A DNA stretch of 62,355 nt, taken from an uncultured delta proteobacterium. GTDB taxonomy: Bacteria > Desulfobacterota > Binatia > UBA9968. The stretch lies in the NCBI GenBank assembly GCA_963737905.1, contig CAVTUQ010000045.1:1-62355 (forward strand). The letters are read 5' to 3'. Below are positions 38,778 to 47,651 of the stretch, in pieces (the stretch's first letter is position 1; each line of letters begins with the position of its first letter). The position numbers and the translations under genes were made by a program. Under the pieces are notes generated by a model that saw only the letters and a list, made by a program, of their open reading frames with translations, was not told the origin of the DNA and did no database searches.

Positions 38778-39266
38778 GTTTTTCCTTTCATAAAAACTAT
38801 AGACTTCTAAGGTCTACGATGTCAATACGAGATCCAATATCGGTGTCTTGACGCAGCAATTCGCTAACCGAATCGACTATGTTGTCGTCATTCGCGCGCG
38901 GCCTGAAGCCCGGAAATCTCCTGGATTCTCTTGGCCTGTGCCCTGCCTGTGTAGCTTCAGACTGACCTCGATTAAGAAGCTATATAAAATCTTATTATAT
39001 TTATATCAGCCCGTTTGAAGGGTTATGGTTGATCTGTTAAAATTTTCGGTTAGCAAAGGGGTCGAACCAAGGGCGGTTTAATGGGACCAATCACTTTTGT
39101 TTTCAGTTACTTACAGGCGAAATGTTGTTCGCGAGGATGGCCTACGACCTCGGGGAGAGAGTCGGAGTATTGGCACTCTTTGGCAGCAGAATTTGCCGAT
39201 TTCTGGAGGCGGCATTCGAACGTCTAAAAACATGGCGCCTCGATGGCGCCAAGGAGGTAGCAGTTT

Positions 39267-39971
39267 ATGGATGTGCGTCTGAAGGTCGCATCGGCCGCGA
39301 TTTTATTTGTTTTGACTTCCGCATGTGCGGGTGGATCACTCAGCACTCGCGAAAAAGGCGCCGGCATTGGCGCCCTGGGAGGAGCCGCCGCGGGTGGGGC
39401 TATCGGAGCGGCGGTGGGTCACCCCGGGATCGGCGCAGCAGTGGGAGGCGCGCTGGGATTGGGCACAGGTGCGCTGATCGGCGATCAACTCCAGGGCCAG
39501 GAAATAAAGCAGACCGAACAACAGAAAGCTCTCGATCAACAGCGCGCCGAAATTGCCAAGAATCAAGCGTTGATTGAAGAACTCAAGAAGCGCAACATCG
39601 AGGCTCGTGAGACCAGTCGGGGCGTGATGGTTAATCTTCCAAGTGTCAATTTTCAGTTCGACAGTGCGGAACTAACGCCGGACGGCAGGGGCCGCGTCGA
39701 TCAGATTGCGAGTATCGTTAGACGCGAAGCGCCGAACCGTCGCATCATGGTCGAAGGCCATGCGAGCAGAGAAACCGCGGCCCAAGAGACTTACAACCAG
39801 CGACTCTCCGAAAGGCGCGCGGACACTGTGGCCGATGCTTTGGCTAGAGATGGAGTTAGAAATAATCAAATCAGTTCACGCGGGCTGGGAACACGGTTGC
39901 CGATTGCAAGCAACGATAACGAAGAGGGGCGCCGGCAAAATCGCCGGGTCGAGGTCACAATTGAGAATTAG
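39267..39971 (+). CDS. OmpA-family lipoprotein with a glycine zipper
   Basis: Lipobox LTSAC; GAGIGALGGAAAGGAIG zipper; F.FDSAEL, YNQRLSERRA, GRRQNRRVEV. Confidence 0.9.
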   Translation: MDVRLKVASAAILFVLTSACAGGSLSTREKGAGIGALGGAAAGGAIGAAVGHPGIGAAVGGALGLGTGALIGDQLQGQEIKQTEQQKALDQQRAEIAKNQALIEELKKRNIEARETSRGVMVNLPSVNFQFDSAELTPDGRGRVDQIASIVRREAPNRRIMVEGHASRETAAQETYNQRLSERRADTVADALARDGVRNNQISSRGLGTRLPIASNDNEEGRRQNRRVEVTIEN

Positions 39972-40563
39972 AGCCGCCGAACCGCGGTTCCGTACCGGAC
40001 AGCAAGCGTTGAATATTACCGCGGTGGCGCAGGACGATCATGACGGCAATAAATAAAGTCATCCCTGTCAATATCGGAGAATGAAAAAATAGCCAGAAGA
40101 CGATGGGAGCAAAGGCCGCAGCCACCATTGAACTGAGGGAGACGACGCGGGTCGTCAAAAGGACCAGAGCAAAAATCACCGCCAAAACCAGCGTGGCCCA
40201 AGGTGCCAATCCCAAGAAAACGCCCAGACCCGTGGCCACTCCCTTTCCTCCCTGGAACCGCAAGAACACGGGATATAGATGACCTAGGAACGCGGCGATC
40301 CCGACCGACGCCGTAGCTATCGGAGTCAACCCTAGGTTGAGCGCAAGGATTACAGGGACAAAGCCTTTTGCGGTGTCCGCGACCAGAGTGAAAATCCCGT
40401 GACGTTTGCCGATCACTCTAGCGACATTGGTCGCCCCGACATTGCCGCTGCCTGCCTTCCGCACGTCGACACCCGCCCACGAACCAAGAATGTAACCCGT
40501 AGGCACCGAGCCAAGCAGGTAGGCGACAAAAACCAGCAAATAGACTCCAGAATGAAAGGTCAT
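39955..40563 (-). CDS. plsY: Glycerol-3-phosphate acyltransferase PlsY
   Basis: AYLLGSVP, GSGNVGATN, GHLYP, GGKGVAT, RHRGNI.RL..GTE; start ATG 40563. Confidence 0.95.
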   Translation of the reverse strand: MTFHSGVYLLVFVAYLLGSVPTGYILGSWAGVDVRKAGSGNVGATNVARVIGKRHGIFTLVADTAKGFVPVILALNLGLTPIATASVGIAAFLGHLYPVFLRFQGGKGVATGLGVFLGLAPWATLVLAVIFALVLLTTRVVSLSSMVAAAFAPIVFWLFFHSPILTGMTLFIAVMIVLRHRGNIQRLLSGTEPRFGGSNSQL

Positions 40564-40573
40564 TCGCCGGCCG

Positions 40574-40909
40574 CTAAAACCGTAATTTTCTGCTGCGAGC
40601 ACGATCCCGACGCAAGTAATAATTCCCGCCCCAAATCCAACCGATAATGAAGGCGACGACCGCGATCGATGCCCATAGAATAAGATCGTTTTCCCTTCCT
40701 TCCAGCATCTGAATGACCGACGGAGACTTCTCGGCAGGGATTTTCTTTTCCTCCGCAACCGGCGCCGTCGCGGTCGAACTCTCGCGTGTCTGAGCTGGCA
40801 CCGCTTTCGAAGCAGCGACTACCATCGATCCGCCAACCCGAGCGTCCTCCCATAGTAGCGCCAAGCAAACGAGGACAAAGGGGAGAAAAAGACGGCGCAC
40901 ACCAACCAT
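40574..40909 (-). CDS. Hypothetical small membrane protein
   Basis: Signal-like N-terminus, low-complexity linker, one TM helix and a basic tail; ends 10 nt before the plsY start. Confidence 0.6.
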   Translation of the reverse strand: MVGVRRLFLPFVLVCLALLWEDARVGGSMVVAASKAVPAQTRESSTATAPVAEEKKIPAEKSPSVIQMLEGRENDLILWASIAVVAFIIGWIWGGNYYLRRDRARSRKLRF

Positions 40910-40973
40910 CGGCTTAACTTAGCATAGTCTAAGCTGGGCTCTCAATCTTTTCGAATTTTCGAGATCTTGGGAC

Positions 40974-41010
40974 AAAGAAAAACCCCGAACCGATTTCTAC
41001 GGCCCGGGGC
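40974..41010 (-). terminator. Rho-independent terminator of the cupin gene
   Basis: Minus strand reads GCCCCGGGCCG-TAGAAAT-CGGTTCGGGGT followed by TTTTCTTT. Confidence 0.8.
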
Positions 41011-41045
41011 CAGTTGGTAAGACCGATTTCAAGAAACCGCGAAGT

Positions 41046-42140
41046 CTATGCGGGTCTTTTGTAAAAGTCCGAATTCATGCGGCTATAGGTTCCGGACTTC
41101 GCTAACTCCTCCTCAAACATCTTTCTGATGTTGGGATCCTCATCGTAGTATTCGATTTGGTTGCCGCCCGCCTTGACGTCTTTATCAACCTTGGTGATGT
41201 CGCCGAAGCTTTCGCCCAGGCTGTACTTAATTCCCCCCAAACGCGGCGGCAAATAACGCGCCCCTTCCGCACCCGTGTTAAAGTGCTGGTGCCACATCAT
41301 CGCCGGCGGCGTGAAAACGCTGCCGTCCTGCCAATCATAGCGTTTGGGCTGTTCTCCTTCTCTCCAAAACATTGAAAAGCCCGTCCCTTTGATGATGATA
41401 ACGTTAAACCCTGGGCCGTGGCGATGCGCTTTTTTGTAGGTGCCCACCGGGAATTCCGAGATATGAGCGGCCATTGAGCCATTGGCCATCTCCAGCATCA
41501 CGTTTTTCCCCCCTCCGCCACGCTCTTTCCAATCTTCAAGTTTGAAATTGCGAGCATCGGCGATGAAATTAGTGTCCCACACTCGACCCGGATAAGCCTT
41601 GCCCTTGCCGCTAAAGTATTCGGCCTCGCCGTCAAAGCGATCCGTGAAATCACGCGGGGTGTTGAAAATGAAGTCGGCACTATGAAAGAGGTTGAAGACA
41701 ATCGGCATGCTGTTGACGGAGAAAAATCGAGCCGACTCGTCCCCCTGACCATTGAAGTGCTGGTACGAGGAGTTGAGCGGCAAGGCGAAAAGACTCCCGT
41801 CCTGCCATTCAAAGGTCTGCTTCGCTCCTTTGTCGTTCCAAATAGTCGTCGCCCCGCGTCCTTTGAGAACAAAAATCAGATCTTCATAGAGATGTCTCTG
41901 AAGATTTGTGTGTTTGCCCGGCGCGATCTCCAGAACGTAAGCACCGGTTGCTCCCTCGGCGCCCTCCATATTGATGAAGGCTCCCTTTCCTCCGGTTCTC
42001 TCCCAAGGCTTCAGTTCAACTTTTTTCAAATCTTGGACAAAAAAGGTCTTAACGATGGGTATCCCTTCTCCCAGTTGCCATTTCTCGTAGTAGGGGATGT
42101 TGTCCATGACGTTATCGACTTGAGATGCCGGTTTGGCCAT
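41046..42140 (-). CDS. Bicupin protein (gentisate 1,2-dioxygenase-like fold)
   Basis: Two cupin motif sets: QRHLYEDL...G.G.T / YQHFN and KAHRHGPG...G.G / WHQHFN. Confidence 0.85.
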   Translation of the reverse strand: MAKPASQVDNVMDNIPYYEKWQLGEGIPIVKTFFVQDLKKVELKPWERTGGKGAFINMEGAEGATGAYVLEIAPGKHTNLQRHLYEDLIFVLKGRGATTIWNDKGAKQTFEWQDGSLFALPLNSSYQHFNGQGDESARFFSVNSMPIVFNLFHSADFIFNTPRDFTDRFDGEAEYFSGKGKAYPGRVWDTNFIADARNFKLEDWKERGGGGKNVMLEMANGSMAAHISEFPVGTYKKAHRHGPGFNVIIIKGTGFSMFWREGEQPKRYDWQDGSVFTPPAMMWHQHFNTGAEGARYLPPRLGGIKYSLGESFGDITKVDKDVKAGGNQIEYYDEDPNIRKMFEEELAKSGTYSRMNSDFYKRPA

Positions 42141-42394
42141 ATTATCCTCCCGATAAAGCTATTTCGGTTCTTACCGTATCAACCCCGCAAAAGCAAGGAA
42201 GCAGCTCGCGCGCAACCAGAGCCAGCGCGTCGATTTCCGTAGCGTTTTCCACGTCGTCATGGGTGAATAGGTCGCTGGCGTTCTCCGAGCCGATCCACGC
42301 AGGCGAGCATTGACAAGCATTGCGAAACTCTACTAAATGGCAATACTCGAATGACATAATCGAATCCATGCGTTGGTGAGAAAGGAGTAGAGCA

Positions 42395-42610
42395 TTGGCA
42401 ATTAACGTCGAGGCGCCCATGGTGGGCAAGATCCTGCGGGTTGAAAAAAAAGTCGGCGATCAAGTGGAGGAAGATGAAGTCGTGGTGGTCATGGAAGCGA
42501 TGAAAATGGAGATTCCCGTGGTAGCGCCCGCTGGCGGGCTCTTGAAGGAGCTGAAAGTTTCCCCGGGTCAGGCCGTCGAGGCGGAAGAAGTTCTCGCCGT
42601 CATTGAGTAA
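42395..42610 (+). CDS. Biotin carboxyl carrier protein (stand-alone)
   Basis: APMVG, EAMKM biotinylation motif; AAGGAG RBS before a TTG start. Confidence 0.92.
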   Translation: MAINVEAPMVGKILRVEKKVGDQVEEDEVVVVMEAMKMEIPVVAPAGGLLKELKVSPGQAVEAEEVLAVIE

Positions 42611-42650
42611 CCCCCCTATAACGATTGAACACTATTTGTACGGAGACCCC

Positions 42651-42788
42651 ATGGACATCTGGACGTTCGGCTGGACAGTCGCTTTGATCGGCATGGGCGG
42701 AACCATGCTGGTGTTGTGGTGTTTGAGCCTGCTCATTCTCCTAATCAAAAAAATCTTCCCTTACCAACCCGAGGACTCGGCGAACTAG
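42651..42788 (+). CDS. oadG: OadG/MmdD-like membrane anchor subunit
   Basis: 45 aa, single TM (ALIGMGGTMLVLWCLSLLI); directly upstream of the beta subunit. Confidence 0.7.
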   Translation: MDIWTFGWTVALIGMGGTMLVLWCLSLLILLIKKIFPYQPEDSAN

Positions 42789-42806
42789 CGCGGCGAGAGG
42801 AAATTC

Positions 42807-43952
42807 ATGGAATCGGCGCTTGTTTCCGGCTTTCAAGGTATTTTTCTTGGAATCACGAATCTCGGGTTGGGCCATGTGATCATGATCCTGGTGGGGTCGC
42901 TTCTGCTCTACTTGGGAATCAGCAAAGGTTATGAACCTCTGCTGCTTCTGCCCATCGGTTTTGGCGCCATTTTGGTCAACATACCGCTGGCGGGGATGAT
43001 GGATGAGCATGGTTTTCTTCGGTTCTTTTACGATAATGGAGTGCTAACAGAAGTATTCCCGCTTTTGATATTTGTCGGTATCGGCGCCATGACCGACTTT
43101 CAACCGCTCCTGGAAAATCCGAAAATTATCCTGCTGGGCGCCGCTGGCCAGTTCGGCATTTTTCTGACTCTCCTCCTGGCCCTCGCTCTGGGCTTCGATA
43201 AACTCGACGCCATCGCGGTCGCCATCATCGGCGCTTGCGACGGGCCGACGGCCATCTATGTTAGCTCGAAATTCGCGCCGCACCTGCTCGGCGCGGTTTC
43301 CGTCGCTGCCTATTCTTACATGTCGCTCGTCCCGCTCATTCAGCCGCCAATCATGCGCATGCTGACCACGGACAAGGAACGGAAAATTGTCATGGGCGTG
43401 GTGAAGCAGCCCGTGTCGAAAACCACCAAGATCATTTTTCCGATCGTTGTTACCATCGTGGCGTCGATATTGGCGCCCCTGGGGGCCGCCTTGATCGGTA
43501 CGGTCATGCTGGGCAACCTGATGAGGGAAAGCGGTGTGGTCGATCGGCTCAAGAACGCCGCGGAGAACGAGATCGCGAATATCGTCACGCTGCTGCTTGG
43601 CCTTGCAATCGGTGGGACTATGCAAGCCGATAGATTTCTGCGCGGCGAGACGCTTTTGGTTTTGGCGCTCGGTCTCATCGCCATCTGCCTCGACACCGCC
43701 GTCGGCGTTCTGTTCGGCAAGGCGATGTGTGTTTTGACCGGCGGTAAAATCAACCCGCTGATCGGCGCCGCGGGGATTTCGGCATTTCCTATGTCGGCGC
43801 GGGTCGTTCAAGTGGAAGGCCAAAAGTACAATAAGAAAAGTTATCTTTTAATGCATGCCATGAGCGCCAATGCCGGCGGACAGATCGGTTCGGTTATCGC
43901 CGCCGCCGTCATGTTGTCGGTCCTCAAAGGCATGGGCATTGTCGGTGGCTGA
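42807..43952 (+). CDS. oadB: Na+-translocating decarboxylase beta subunit
   Basis: YEPLLLLPIGFG, FPLLIFVGIGAMTDF, GAAGQFGIF, IIGACDGPTAIY, AAYSYMSLVP, NPLIGAAG.SA.PM.ARV. Confidence 0.95.
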   Translation: MESALVSGFQGIFLGITNLGLGHVIMILVGSLLLYLGISKGYEPLLLLPIGFGAILVNIPLAGMMDEHGFLRFFYDNGVLTEVFPLLIFVGIGAMTDFQPLLENPKIILLGAAGQFGIFLTLLLALALGFDKLDAIAVAIIGACDGPTAIYVSSKFAPHLLGAVSVAAYSYMSLVPLIQPPIMRMLTTDKERKIVMGVVKQPVSKTTKIIFPIVVTIVASILAPLGAALIGTVMLGNLMRESGVVDRLKNAAENEIANIVTLLLGLAIGGTMQADRFLRGETLLVLALGLIAICLDTAVGVLFGKAMCVLTGGKINPLIGAAGISAFPMSARVVQVEGQKYNKKSYLLMHAMSANAGGQIGSVIAAAVMLSVLKGMGIVGG

Positions 43953-43965
43953 CACAGGTGAACGG

Positions 43966-45519
43966 ATGACGAAATCCAGAGAAGATCTTGAAAGAAAACT
44001 CGCCGCGTTAGAAAAGACCGCCCTTGATGCCGACCCGAAGACCGCCGCTAAACAGCACGCCGAAGGTAAGCTGACGGCGAGAGAACGGATCGACAAACTA
44101 TTTGATCCCGGCACTTTCGTTGAAGAGTTCATGCTGGCGGAAACTCAATGCACCGACTTCGGCATGGCCGAGAGACGGCTACCGTCGGACGGCGTGGTCA
44201 CCGGATTCGGTAAAATCGACGGCCGGCCGGTGTATGTTTTTTCCCAGGACCGTTCCATTCTCGCCGGGTCAGTGGGCAGCGCTCACGCGGAGAAAATCGC
44301 CTATGTGGTCCAAACGGCGCGCAAACTGGGCGTTCCTCTCATCGGTCTCAACGATTCTGCCGGCGCTCGCATTCAGGAAGGCCTATCCGTGACCTCCGCC
44401 ATCGGAAAAATTTTCTTCGAAAACAGTATTGCCTCCGGCTGTATTCCCCAGATCTCGGCCATCATGGGCCCTTGCATTGGCGTCGGTTCCTACTCCCCCG
44501 CTCTGACCGACTTCATTCTAATGGTTCAGAACACCAGCCAGATGTTCATCACCGGGCCGGCGGTCATCAAAGAGGTGCTCGGCGAAACCGTCACCATGGA
44601 GGAACTGGGCGGGGCTAAGGTCCATTCCGAGGTCTCGGGAGTAACGGACCTGGTTGCCAAAAATGACGAAGAATGCCTCGGTATGATTCGGCGTCTCTTG
44701 GGATTCCTGCCGTCGAGTTTTGAGTCGGCGCCGCCACGCAAAGAAACCAAGGACGATCCCAATCGCTCTCTCGATTCTCTTGAGAAAATCGTCCCGGAAG
44801 ATATGCGCAAAGCCTACAACATTCTTCAGGTGATCAAAGCGATCGTTGATGACGGTGACTTTCTCGAGCTCAAAAATAAATTTGCACGCAATCTTGTCAT
44901 TGGCTTTGGCCGGTTGGGCGGTTACCCCGTCGGGTTTGTGGCCAATCAGCCGATGTTTCTCGCCGGAAGCCTCGACGTGGATGCGTCGGACAAGGCCGCT
45001 CGCTTCATTCGTTTCTGTGATGCTTTCAATATCCCGGTCATCACGTTAATGGACGTGCCGGGGTTCTTTCCAGGCAAGCAGCAAGAAGAAAAAGGCATCA
45101 TCCGTCACGGCGCCAAAATGCTCTATGCCTATGCGGAAGCCACGGTGCCAAAAATCACCCTCGTGCTGCGCAAGGGATACGGTGGCGCCAAACAAGCGCT
45201 TTGTACTCGCGAAATGGGCGCAGATCAACTTTTCGTCTGGCCGGGGGTAGAGCTGGCGGTGATGGGCGGCGGCGGCGCAGTCAATATCCTCTACCGAAGA
45301 GAAATTGAACAATCGCCGGAACCGGAAAAAACCCGCCAAGAGAAAATCGCCGAGTTCACCGAGCGATTCAGCGGGCCCTTCGAAGCGCTGTCCAAGCAAT
45401 TCGCTCAGGCCGCCATCAGGCCATCCGAAACCCGCAAACGGCTCATTCAATCGTTAGAAATTCTGCGCAAAAAAAAGGAAGAGAGACCCAGAAAAAAGCA
45501 CGGCGTCATGCCGGTCTGA
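43966..45519 (+). CDS. Acyl-CoA carboxyltransferase (MmdA/PccB-like alpha subunit of the decarboxylase)
   Basis: GKLTARERI, DGVVTG, DSAGARIQEG, PQIS.IMGPC, FIRFCDAFNIP, DVPGF.PG, GIIRHGAK, KKHG..P; start ATG 43966. Confidence 0.92.
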   Translation: MTKSREDLERKLAALEKTALDADPKTAAKQHAEGKLTARERIDKLFDPGTFVEEFMLAETQCTDFGMAERRLPSDGVVTGFGKIDGRPVYVFSQDRSILAGSVGSAHAEKIAYVVQTARKLGVPLIGLNDSAGARIQEGLSVTSAIGKIFFENSIASGCIPQISAIMGPCIGVGSYSPALTDFILMVQNTSQMFITGPAVIKEVLGETVTMEELGGAKVHSEVSGVTDLVAKNDEECLGMIRRLLGFLPSSFESAPPRKETKDDPNRSLDSLEKIVPEDMRKAYNILQVIKAIVDDGDFLELKNKFARNLVIGFGRLGGYPVGFVANQPMFLAGSLDVDASDKAARFIRFCDAFNIPVITLMDVPGFFPGKQQEEKGIIRHGAKMLYAYAEATVPKITLVLRKGYGGAKQALCTREMGADQLFVWPGVELAVMGGGGAVNILYRREIEQSPEPEKTRQEKIAEFTERFSGPFEALSKQFAQAAIRPSETRKRLIQSLEILRKKKEERPRKKHGVMPV

Positions 45520-45563
45520 CGTTCGCAACTCCAGGTGAAGGCGTTTGGGTTACCTTAGAACCG

Positions 45564-47183
45564 CTACCCGTTGGCAGGCAAAGAGAAGAGAAAAGTCGCT
45601 CCGCTTCCTTCCGTGCTTTCGGCCCAGATCCGTCCGCCATGAGCTTCGACAATCATCTTGCAGATGACCAGACCCAGGCCGGTTCCTTTGTGACTTGAGT
45701 GTTTCACATTGCCGCCTTGTCGATATTTTTCGAAAAGGTGACCCATTTCGTTGGCAGCTATACCGACTCCGTCGTCTCTAACCCAAACCCGGATCAGAGT
45801 TGCACCCGCCAGCGCGGCACCGACCTCCACCGTTCCCCCTTCGCCGGTGAATTTAATCGCGTTCGTAATTAAGTTGCTGAGGACTTGCTCCAAACGTCGA
45901 GGATCGGCTTGAACCGAAGGCAAAGACGGATCGACAGCTCCGTGGATTGAGATTCTTTTATCCAGGGCTAGAACTCGATAGCTGTCGACGTTTTTTTGAA
46001 TCAATCCTGTGAGATTGACCATCTCCCGGTTGATATCAACATAACCCGATTCGAGCTTAGAAACATCGAGAAAATCACTCACGAGATCCACGAGGTTTTG
46101 GCTGTTGGCCTCAATCCTTGCAAGCCATTTTTTTTGTTCCTTGGTGACACTACCGAACATACCCTCTGTCATGACCTCCACCACTCCCATGATATTCATC
46201 AGAGGAGAGCGGAGGTCGTGGGCGATCATCGCCGCGAAATCCGCCTGCATCTTGTTCGCTTTTTCCAGTTCGAGCGCTTGCCGGGAGGTCTCCTCGTAAA
46301 GTTGGGCTTTCTGCACTGCCACACCCAGCTGGTTGCCGATGGTCTGGAGGAGGTTCACTTCCTCGCGCTTAAACTTGCGCGGCGTCCTGCTTGCAAGCTG
46401 AAGCGTGCCCACCACCTCGCCATTGGCTCGAACCGGAACCATGACAAAAGATTCCACCCCTTCTTTTTTTAAGGTTCTATAACCGTCGCATTGTTGCAAT
46501 TCTTCTTCGACGCAAGGCTCCCTGAAAAGACGATCGCCGAACTTGGACTGCTCGCTTTCGGTGGTCCGGGCCAGCGCCCGGTGGCCCAAAACACTTTCCG
46601 GATACCGGTATCCCCGGCCGGCTACCACTTCAAGCATTTCGCCACTGCGGTCCAATAATCGAATATTACCGAGATCGAAGGAGTCGCTGACCATGGTTTC
46701 TTCTAAGATTTTCTCCAGAACCGCTTTCAGATCCAAAGAACCCAAGATCGTTTCACTGATTTTTTGCAGAATCAAAAGTTCTCGGTTACGCTCCTTCAGG
46801 GTCTCTTCTGCTCTGTGCCTTTGAATAGCGTAACGCAAAGAGCGCGCCAGCCAATGGCCGTCCGCCTGTCCCTTGAAGAGATAATCTTGCGCGCCCTCCT
46901 CTACGGCGCGCAGCGCAATCTCTTCATCGTTTAGGCCTGTCAGAACCACAATGGGCACGGCCGCTGCTTCGCGCCGCAAACGACGGATCGTATCCAGTCC
47001 CCAGGCATCGGGAAGCGAAAGATCCAACAACACGGCGTCGAACTTTGATCGCGCCAGCTTTGCCAGCGCCGTCGAGAGCCGCTCAGCGCGCTCGATCTCG
47101 AGGGTCGTCTCAGACAACGATTCCCGAATCAGCAGCGCGTCGTCGTCATTGTCTTCGACGAGCAAAACTCGCATGGCCTTCAC
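45564..47183 (-). CDS. Hybrid REC-GAF-histidine kinase
   Basis: REC (LLVEDN, LLDLSLPD, YLFK), GAF, H-box AHDLRSPL, N box NLITNAIKFT, G boxes. Confidence 0.92.
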   Translation of the reverse strand: MKAMRVLLVEDNDDDALLIRESLSETTLEIERAERLSTALAKLARSKFDAVLLDLSLPDAWGLDTIRRLRREAAAVPIVVLTGLNDEEIALRAVEEGAQDYLFKGQADGHWLARSLRYAIQRHRAEETLKERNRELLILQKISETILGSLDLKAVLEKILEETMVSDSFDLGNIRLLDRSGEMLEVVAGRGYRYPESVLGHRALARTTESEQSKFGDRLFREPCVEEELQQCDGYRTLKKEGVESFVMVPVRANGEVVGTLQLASRTPRKFKREEVNLLQTIGNQLGVAVQKAQLYEETSRQALELEKANKMQADFAAMIAHDLRSPLMNIMGVVEVMTEGMFGSVTKEQKKWLARIEANSQNLVDLVSDFLDVSKLESGYVDINREMVNLTGLIQKNVDSYRVLALDKRISIHGAVDPSLPSVQADPRRLEQVLSNLITNAIKFTGEGGTVEVGAALAGATLIRVWVRDDGVGIAANEMGHLFEKYRQGGNVKHSSHKGTGLGLVICKMIVEAHGGRIWAESTEGSGATFLFSLPANG

Positions 47184-47620
47184 CCTTGCCGCGACGGAAC
47201 CCTAGCCACCAATACCCAGTAAAGGGCAAATTGCTTGACGACGTCTCGGAATTTATCAAAGTCCATGGGTTTAGTGATGTACGAGCAGGCTCCTTTGGAG
47301 TAGGACTTGACGATGTCGGCTTCACTGTCGCTCGTGGTGAGCATAACCACCGGAATGTGCATCAGACCGGGATCGGATTTTATTTCATTGAGCACCTCAA
47401 AGCCGTTTTTCTTCGGCATATTGATGTCGAGAAGGATAAGGCCCGGCATTTTGACGTTGTGGTACTTCCCCTGGCGCCGCAAGTAGGCCATGGCCTCTTC
47501 TCCATCGCGCACGACACACATCAAGTTGACGAGCTTGGCATCGGCTAACGCTTCCTGTTCGAGCAAAATATCGTCTTCATTATCTTCCACCAAGAGGATT
47601 TCCATGGGTTGAGTATCCAT
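47180..47620 (-). CDS. Single-domain response regulator (Rcp1-like)
   Basis: ILLVEDNEDD, LLDINMPKKNG, VMLTTS, SYITKP, C-terminal ..YW typical of the Rcp subfamily. Confidence 0.92.
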   Translation of the reverse strand: MDTQPMEILLVEDNEDDILLEQEALADAKLVNLMCVVRDGEEAMAYLRRQGKYHNVKMPGLILLDINMPKKNGFEVLNEIKSDPGLMHIPVVMLTTSDSEADIVKSYSKGACSYITKPMDFDKFRDVVKQFALYWVLVARVPSRQG

Positions 47621-47651
47621 TATTGATCAGCTCCTCCTTCCAAATCTTTTC

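Noticed and set aside
38886-38930. GTCATT...GGAAATC...GGATTC REP-like remnant
   Set aside because: Too degenerate and single-copy to support.
39169-39250. TGGC motifs upstream of the OmpA-like gene as a sigma54 promoter
   Set aside because: The best TGGCA candidates have 9 or 11 nt spacing, and the one with 10 nt lacks TTGC.
42190-42310. Protein-like minus-strand stretch (ENASDLFTHDDVENATEIDALALVARELLP), a possible gene remnant
   Set aside because: No recognisable family, start or RBS; it lies in a divergent promoter region.
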